DNA from: an uncultured Bdellovibrionales bacterium
GTDB lineage: Bacteria; Patescibacteriota; Minisyncoccia; Moranbacterales; UBA1568
Length of the DNA: 64,000 nt
Assembly: GCA_964500505.1 (NCBI GenBank)
Contig: CAZCNN010000001.1
Coordinates: forward strand, 66,621-130,620
Direction: 5' to 3'
Shown: positions 58,423 through 64,000 of the stretch, in pieces
How the letters are laid out: every line of letters begins with the position of its first letter
Position numbering within the stretch: position 1 is the first letter of the stretch
Translations under genes and position numbers: made by a program
Notes under the pieces: generated by a model
The model's database searches: none
Told to the model about the DNA's origin: nothing
Seen by the model: only the letters and a program-made list of their open reading frames with translations

Positions 58423-58878
58423 CTACTTCTTGGCCGGTGGCGTGGCCTTCTTCAGCATCAATGGAGGTTGCGGCGGCACAGGCTTGACCGTATTGGCTGC
58501 CTGCGTTTCAGCTAATCTGTCCACTTCGTACAAGCATGATGCAGTATAGACCACTTCCATCAGGCGGCCGAAATCTGCATAGTGCAACGACTGCTTGAGC
58601 GCTATGGGAATCCTGACACAGGCCAGACTTTTCGGCGCAACCTGAGTGGCCGCAGCGTTGCGACCAACCCTGGTAGCGTTGTCTTGAGCCAGATTTCGTC
58701 GGATCTCCCAGTTCTCCAGCGCCGTCACACGACGTGACAGTTCGATGACCTCTGATGGGGTAGCTGTTGACTCCGGCGCTGCAGGACGCGGTTGACTGGA
58801 TCCTGGCAGCTGCGCGCAACCAGCCATGATCATGACCAACAGCATCAAGCCAAATGAAAAAGATCGTTTTCTGTGCAC
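58423..58878 (-). CDS. Orphan lipoprotein
   Basis: AGGAGG SD before GTG 58878, lipobox MAGC, TTGACA upstream. Confidence 0.7.
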   Translation of the reverse strand: MHRKRSFSFGLMLLVMIMAGCAQLPGSSQPRPAAPESTATPSEVIELSRRVTALENWEIRRNLAQDNATRVGRNAAATQVAPKSLACVRIPIALKQSLHYADFGRLMEVVYTASCLYEVDRLAETQAANTVKPVPPQPPLMLKKATPPAKK

Positions 58879-59017
58879 GGTTTGTGCCTCCTGTTGCACA
58901 CCTCCACCACGTAAGCGTTCCATATATTTACGCACGTTTTATCATTTTTGTCAAGATAAATTGACTTATAGAAAGTTCAAAGGTCGGGGCGTCACGCGGG
59001 ACACCTCGACCTTGATT

Positions 59018-59209
59018 TTACCCGCTTTTCGCGGGCGGTTCAGTTGGCGGGAGGAAAGAACGCTCGACACCCTCCCCACCCTGTACTTGCTCCATCGCGA
59101 CCCGTTGGGAGTCTTGGTGGATCCGGGCCCGTTTGACCCAGGGCAAGACGCCGATGAGTGCACTTACGAGCAGTACCACCGCAGTACTGATGATGGACAG
59201 CAATTTCAA
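59018..59209 (-). CDS. 63-aa orphan with N-terminal TM
   Basis: Perfect TTGACA-N17-TATAAT (59292-59264), GAGGAG SD, TTG start. Confidence 0.6.
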   Translation of the reverse strand: MKLLSIISTAVVLLVSALIGVLPWVKRARIHQDSQRVAMEQVQGGEGVERSFLPPTEPPAKSG

Positions 59210-59382
59210 CCTCGTTCTCCTCTTGGTTAGGGTTGATTTTCGCACTTGAAGCACGATTTGTGTATTATACTCCTTTTTCACTCTATTGTCAACCATCGCT
59301 ATATATCCACATATCCCCCATTACTGGCTTGGTTGCCATGAGCACGCTATAATGCAGTATGTTCAATTCTTGAGTTACCTTC

Positions 59383-60735
59383 ATGGCAAGCAAAACTGAT
59401 CACCTGCGCGTTCCCCCACACAACCTCGAAGCCGAAGCCTCGGTCTTGGGGTCACTTATGCTCGATAAAGACGCCGTCATCAAGATTGCCGATCTCTTGA
59501 AGCTCGGTGATTTCTACAAAGACGATCACAACCTGATCTATGAAACGATGCTCGCTCTCTACGAAGAACGTGAGCCAATTGACGTCCTGTCACTCTCAAA
59601 CAAACTGGAAGAAAAAGGCAAACTCGAGAAAGTCGGTGGCTCAAGCTATCTCGCGTCACTCGTAAACACCGTGCCATCGGCCGTGAACGTCGTCCACTAT
59701 GCCAAGGTGGTCCAGAAAAAGGCCCTCCTCCGTCGGCTCATCACGGCAGCGAGTGACATCATCGAGCTCGGCTATGACGAATCCGAGGACGCCCAGAAGC
59801 TCCTCGATGAAGCCGAACAAAAAATCTTTGCGGTGTCACAGAAGTACATCAAGCAGGACTTTATCCCGATCAAGTCCATTCTCGAGCTCGCGTTCAACCG
59901 TATCGATGAGCTCCACAAGAGTGACAATGCTTTCCGCGGCGTCGAGACCCACTACCCCGACCTCGACAACCTCCTCGCCGGACTCCAGAAGTCTGACCTC
60001 ATCATCCTCGCGGCTCGACCATCGGTCGGTAAGACGACCTTTGCTCTCGACCTCGCCCGTCAGGTGGGAGTCCACAGCAAGGTACCGGTCGGAATATTCT
60101 CGCTCGAAATGGGTGCAGACCAGCTCGTCGACCGTATGATTGCCGCGCAGGCCGGGGTCGACCTCTGGCGACTCCGCACCGGCAAACTCTCGAGTGAAGG
60201 CGCCGGTAATGACTTTGAGAAAATCTCTGATGCTATGGGTATCCTCTCCGAGGCCCCCATATTCATCGACGACTCGGGTTCGCTCAACATCATGGAGATG
60301 CGGACTATGGCCCGTCGCCTCCAGGCTGAGCATGATCTCGGCCTCATCATAGTCGACTACCTCCAGCTCATGGAGGGTCGCAGTTCCAAGGGCGACAACC
60401 GTGTCCAAGAAATTTCTGAAATCTCACGTGGCCTCAAGCAACTGGCTCGTGAACTCAACATCCCCGTCATCGCCCTCTCGCAGTTGTCGCGTGCCGTCGA
60501 ATCCCGCCCGGACCAAATCCCAAAACTCTCCGACCTCCGTGAATCCGGATCTATCGAACAAGACGCTGACGTGGTCATGTTTCTCTACCGTGAAGACCGG
60601 GTAAAGCCCGATACCCCGAACAAGGGCATCGCTGATGTCATCATCGCCAAGCACCGTAACGGTCCCGTCGGCAAGATCTCGCTCTACTTTGATGAGAACT
60701 CAACGACGTTCCGTTCACTCGAAACCAGTCACTAG
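59383..60735 (+). CDS. dnaB: Replicative DNA helicase
   Basis: 'PPHNLEAE', 'AARPSVGKT', 'VDYLQLM', 'DLRESGSIEQDAD'. Confidence 0.98.
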   Translation: MASKTDHLRVPPHNLEAEASVLGSLMLDKDAVIKIADLLKLGDFYKDDHNLIYETMLALYEEREPIDVLSLSNKLEEKGKLEKVGGSSYLASLVNTVPSAVNVVHYAKVVQKKALLRRLITAASDIIELGYDESEDAQKLLDEAEQKIFAVSQKYIKQDFIPIKSILELAFNRIDELHKSDNAFRGVETHYPDLDNLLAGLQKSDLIILAARPSVGKTTFALDLARQVGVHSKVPVGIFSLEMGADQLVDRMIAAQAGVDLWRLRTGKLSSEGAGNDFEKISDAMGILSEAPIFIDDSGSLNIMEMRTMARRLQAEHDLGLIIVDYLQLMEGRSSKGDNRVQEISEISRGLKQLARELNIPVIALSQLSRAVESRPDQIPKLSDLRESGSIEQDADVVMFLYREDRVKPDTPNKGIADVIIAKHRNGPVGKISLYFDENSTTFRSLETSH

Positions 60736-60736
60736 T

Positions 60737-61333
60737 ATGCAATATCCCAAAGCGTTTCAGTCACTCATCGCGCATTTTTCGGCCCTTCCCTCGGTCGGTC
60801 CCAAAATGGCTGAGCGTATCGTGCTTTACCTCTTCAAGCAAGATGCCGAGAAGCTCCAGAGCTTTGCTGAGAGTCTCGAAGAACTCCCGCGTCTCAAGAG
60901 CTGTACCCGCTGCTACCACATCGCCGAAAGCGAGCTCTGTAGTATCTGCGCTGACAGTCGGCGTGATACTACCGCGCTCTGTGTCGTCGAGGAGCCCCTC
61001 GATGTCATCGCCCTTGAACGACTCGGTATCTACTCCGGTCTCTACCATGTGCTTGGCGGACTCCTCGAAACAGGCAAAAATGACAACAGTGGCAATCTCC
61101 GCATCAGCGAACTCCTCGACCGTGTCGCCCATGATGGGGTCGTCGAAGTGATTCTCGCCACCAACCCGACGACCGAGGGCGATTTGACGGCTCTCTACCT
61201 CAAGAAGAAACTCGAGGCCTCAGGGGTCAAAATTACGCGTATAGGACGAGGTCTCGCAACGGGAGGTGACATCGAATACGCCGATGAGCTCACCCTTAGT
61301 GCCGCCTTGACAAATCGTAAGGAACTGGCATAA
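60737..61333 (+). CDS. recR: Recombination mediator RecR
   Basis: 'LPSVGPKMAER', C4 zinc finger, 'YHVLGG', 'ATNPTTEGD'. Confidence 0.96.
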   Translation: MQYPKAFQSLIAHFSALPSVGPKMAERIVLYLFKQDAEKLQSFAESLEELPRLKSCTRCYHIAESELCSICADSRRDTTALCVVEEPLDVIALERLGIYSGLYHVLGGLLETGKNDNSGNLRISELLDRVAHDGVVEVILATNPTTEGDLTALYLKKKLEASGVKITRIGRGLATGGDIEYADELTLSAALTNRKELA

Positions 61334-61360
61334 TTATCGTATCTCAACCAGGAGACAACG

Positions 61361-61555
61361 ATGCTCGTTTTGCTTTTGCCAGACGGCAAAAAAATCCCAC
61401 TTGAGCCCTACGAAGCGGACAAGAGTGGGCCGGCTTTTTTCCCAGTCGCACACATCGATATGGCAGCGTCACATTCTTCGAATGGTCAGTTGCCCCTATC
61501 GGAACGTATGGCGACCGCTGGCCTCATCATGAACAAGCAACCCTGGCAGCTGTAG
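61361..61555 (+). CDS. 64-aa orphan protein
   Basis: TTGACA..CATAAT inside the recR 3' end, CAGGAG SD, terminator at 61576-61607. Confidence 0.6.
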   Translation: MLVLLLPDGKKIPLEPYEADKSGPAFFPVAHIDMAASHSSNGQLPLSERMATAGLIMNKQPWQL

Positions 61556-61647
61556 CTGGGGGGGGTAACCTCAAAGCGGATCCGAACTCGGACCCGCCTT
61601 TTTCTTTGCTGGAACGAAAAAACCACCCTTTCGGGTGGCTTTGATAT

Positions 61648-61956
61648 TTAGGCGGAAATCTTGGTGATTTCGACTTCAGTATAGGCCTGACGATGGCCAT
61701 AGCGGACCAAGTAGCGCTTCTTTGGCTTGTGCTTGATACCCTTCACTTTGTCGTGACGATCCTGGGCGACGACTTTGCCCTCTACCACAGCCTTTTCGAG
61801 GACTGGAGTCCCGACATGAGCCACTGTTTCATCCCCGACAAAGAGCACCTCAAACTTCACGAGGCCGTCAATTTCGGTGTCGAGTTTTTCAATCTTGACC
61901 TTGTCTCCCTCTGAGACTTTGTATTGTTTGCCACCCGTTCTGATAATCGCGAGCAT
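61648..61956 (-). CDS. rplU: 50S ribosomal protein bL21
   Basis: 'AIIRTGGKQYKV', 'GHRQAYT'. Confidence 0.97.
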   Translation of the reverse strand: MLAIIRTGGKQYKVSEGDKVKIEKLDTEIDGLVKFEVLFVGDETVAHVGTPVLEKAVVEGKVVAQDRHDKVKGIKHKPKKRYLVRYGHRQAYTEVEITKISA

Positions 61957-62023
61957 ATGCCTTTCGTAAGCCAATAATATACTTGTCCACTGTACCGGAT
62001 TTGCCTGATTCTGTCAATGACGC

Positions 62024-63790
62024 CTAGGCGAGGACTGCTTTGATACGTCTGACCCCGGCTGAGCTCGCCTCTTCTTTCACGATTTTGAAGGTGCCAAAGG
62101 TAGCGATATCAGCCGTAGTGACGACATGAGGACCACCACAGAGTTCGCGCGAATAGATGGTCCCGCCTGGAGCGACTACCTGGTACACAGTCACTTTTTC
62201 TGGATACTTCTCCCAGAAGCTCCCCTCTACCCCCTCACTTTTGGCGACGTCCTTGTCCATGACCGTCGTCCCGACGGTGGCGCCAGCTTTGATCGCTTCG
62301 TTGACGTAGCTTTCCACCCGATCGAGGACCTCACGAGGTACCTTTTCCGGGTAGGTAAAGTCAAATCGGGTACGCTCTTCGGTGATGTTGGACCCGGCCT
62401 GATGCACTCCGTCACCAAGCTCCTTGCGGAGGGCGGCGAGCATGAGATGGGTCGCAGTGTGGTAGGCGGTCACTTTGGCACTGTGATCCGCGAGACCGCC
62501 CTTGAACTTGCCGGCACTCGCAGTACGCGAGAGGTCCTGGTGCTTCTTGAATTCGGCCTGGAAAGCAACCTTGTCGATGGTCGCTCCCTTCTCTCGCGCC
62601 AATTCTTCGGTCATTTCGAGAGGGAAACCGTAAGTAGAAAACAATTCAAAGGCATCCTCTCCGGTGAGTGTCCCAGCTTCTGTCCGCCGTGCTACCTCTT
62701 TGAGCCCTTTTGAGATTGTGGCTCGAAACTTGGACTCCTCGCGCGTCAACTCACTCAAAATAGTTGCCTCGCCTCGCTTGACTGAGTCGTAGACGGGAGC
62801 AAAGAGCGTGATATAGGCCTGGGCGATTTGTGCTACCACGGGCTCCTCATAGCCCATCTTGTAAAACTCGCGGATGGCGCGACGGATGAGTCGGCGGAGG
62901 ATATAACCCTGGTCGACATTCTTCGGTACCACCCCGTCGGCTATCATATGGGTGGCTGCCCGCAAATGATCTGCAATGATCCGACCCGAACGCTCAACAT
63001 AGCGCTCGGGACCCACGAGTGTCCGGATCTCATGGAGTACCGGTGCGAAAGCATCGGTTTCGTAGACATTCTTCTGGCCATTCAAGGTCACAATAGTACG
63101 CTCAAGTCCCATGCCAGTATCCACACATGGGGCTGGCAGTGTATCGAGTGTGTCGGCATCAACTCGGTTGTACTGCATGAACACGTTATTCCAGATCTCC
63201 ATCCACTGCTTCGGATGAGTCCCCTTGTTACCCTCTGGCGCTCCTTCGCCCACCCAATAAAAGATTTCCGTATCTGGTCCACAGGGACCCGTCGGTCCGG
63301 CTGCCCACCAGTTGTCTTCGGCGGGGAGATAAGCGATACGTTCGATTGGTACTCCAAGAGACTGCCAGATACTGGCTGATTCTTCGTCACGCGGAGCGTT
63401 GTTATCACCTTCAAAGACTGTGACCGAGAGCATAGCCGGATCGAGCGCGAGCCACTCTCGGCTGGTCAAAAACTCCCAGGACCAGGTGATAGATTCTTGC
63501 TTGAAATAGTCACCAAGTGACCAGTTGCCGAGCATCTCAAAAAATGTCAGGTGCGTATCGTCACCAACATCATCGATATCACCCGTCCGCACACACTTCT
63601 GGACATCCACGAGGCGCTTGCCCATCGGATGAGGCTTGCCGAGGAGGTACGGCACGAGCGGTTGCATTCCAGCTGTATTAAACAGAACCGATGGATCGTT
63701 CTCTGGTACAAGCGGAGCTGATGGGATCACCTCGTGACCCTTGGTCTGAAAAAACTGGAGGTATTTCTCACGGAGTTCGTTGGTATGCAT
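62024..63790 (-). CDS. alaS: Alanine--tRNA ligase, short form without C-Ala domain
   Basis: 'LFNTAGMQP', 'TFFEMLGNWS', 'HTATHL', 'ELCGGPHV'. Confidence 0.97.
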   Translation of the reverse strand: MHTNELREKYLQFFQTKGHEVIPSAPLVPENDPSVLFNTAGMQPLVPYLLGKPHPMGKRLVDVQKCVRTGDIDDVGDDTHLTFFEMLGNWSLGDYFKQESITWSWEFLTSREWLALDPAMLSVTVFEGDNNAPRDEESASIWQSLGVPIERIAYLPAEDNWWAAGPTGPCGPDTEIFYWVGEGAPEGNKGTHPKQWMEIWNNVFMQYNRVDADTLDTLPAPCVDTGMGLERTIVTLNGQKNVYETDAFAPVLHEIRTLVGPERYVERSGRIIADHLRAATHMIADGVVPKNVDQGYILRRLIRRAIREFYKMGYEEPVVAQIAQAYITLFAPVYDSVKRGEATILSELTREESKFRATISKGLKEVARRTEAGTLTGEDAFELFSTYGFPLEMTEELAREKGATIDKVAFQAEFKKHQDLSRTASAGKFKGGLADHSAKVTAYHTATHLMLAALRKELGDGVHQAGSNITEERTRFDFTYPEKVPREVLDRVESYVNEAIKAGATVGTTVMDKDVAKSEGVEGSFWEKYPEKVTVYQVVAPGGTIYSRELCGGPHVVTTADIATFGTFKIVKEEASSAGVRRIKAVLA

Positions 63791-63926
63791 ACCCGGTAGT
63801 GAAACTTCTACAATTTCTTACAAAAAATGTTGAAGTGTAACAAATTATTATAATTCTAAACGTTTCTATTTGATAGGTTTATCTGAATGCTGGTCGAAGT
63901 TCTACTACCGGGCATAGCAGGAGAGG

Positions 63927-63998
63927 TTAGGTAGTATTCATCTTGCGTTTATGGCGGGCGATTTCATCAGTGAGCGTAGCAATCTTTCGCTCGAGCTC
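63927..63998 (-). CDS. 3' end of a CDS cut by the window edge
   Basis: Open frame ELERKIATLTDEIARHKRKMNTT* with host-like codons. Confidence 0.5.
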   Translation of the reverse strand, partial: ELERKIATLTDEIARHKRKMNTT

Positions 63999-64000
63999 GT

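Noticed and set aside
62024-63790. Truncated alaS and short hrcA as pseudogenes
   Set aside because: Catalytic and DNA-binding motifs are intact with clean stops; compact forms are expected in reduced genomes.

Overview
Bacterial chromosomal window that most resembles a Patescibacteria/CPR (Parcubacteria-like) genome. This is an inference from the short AlaRS and HrcA, the CPDGS Cys-repeat protein and the SD-less housekeeping genes. The region 0.8-21 kb is a surface-glycan locus (flippase, GT2/GT4s, GT-C-like membrane protein, UDP-sugar dehydrogenase, O-antigen ligase-like, LCP). It unexpectedly contains a divergent RtcB-fold protein, a Nudix hydrolase and a dTMP-kinase-like P-loop protein. 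Housekeeping genes follow: ctpA-like, groES, fmt-def-priA, gltX, ftsEX, prfB with a +1 frameshift, hrcA-grpE-dnaK with a perfect CIRCE, yidD, corA-like, cysS, dnaB-recR, rplU and alaS, plus tRNA-Gln(CTG) and tRNA-Thr(CGT). A palindromic 11-6-11 dif-like site at ~32.49 kb, with converging GGGNAGGG motifs, suggests the replication terminus. Main unexplained signals: (1) about 14 self-contained promoter/strong-SD/ORF/terminator islets, mostly orphans, among SD-less or leaderless core genes; (2) the RtcB-like/kinase module in the glycan operon; (3) a nested tRNA-Thr locus riddled with palindromic insertions; (4) a 490-aa orphan flanked by structured RNA; (5) a tRNA-Gln 3'-end-derived hairpin in front of an AT-rich gene. 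All calls are by eye and no searches were run.
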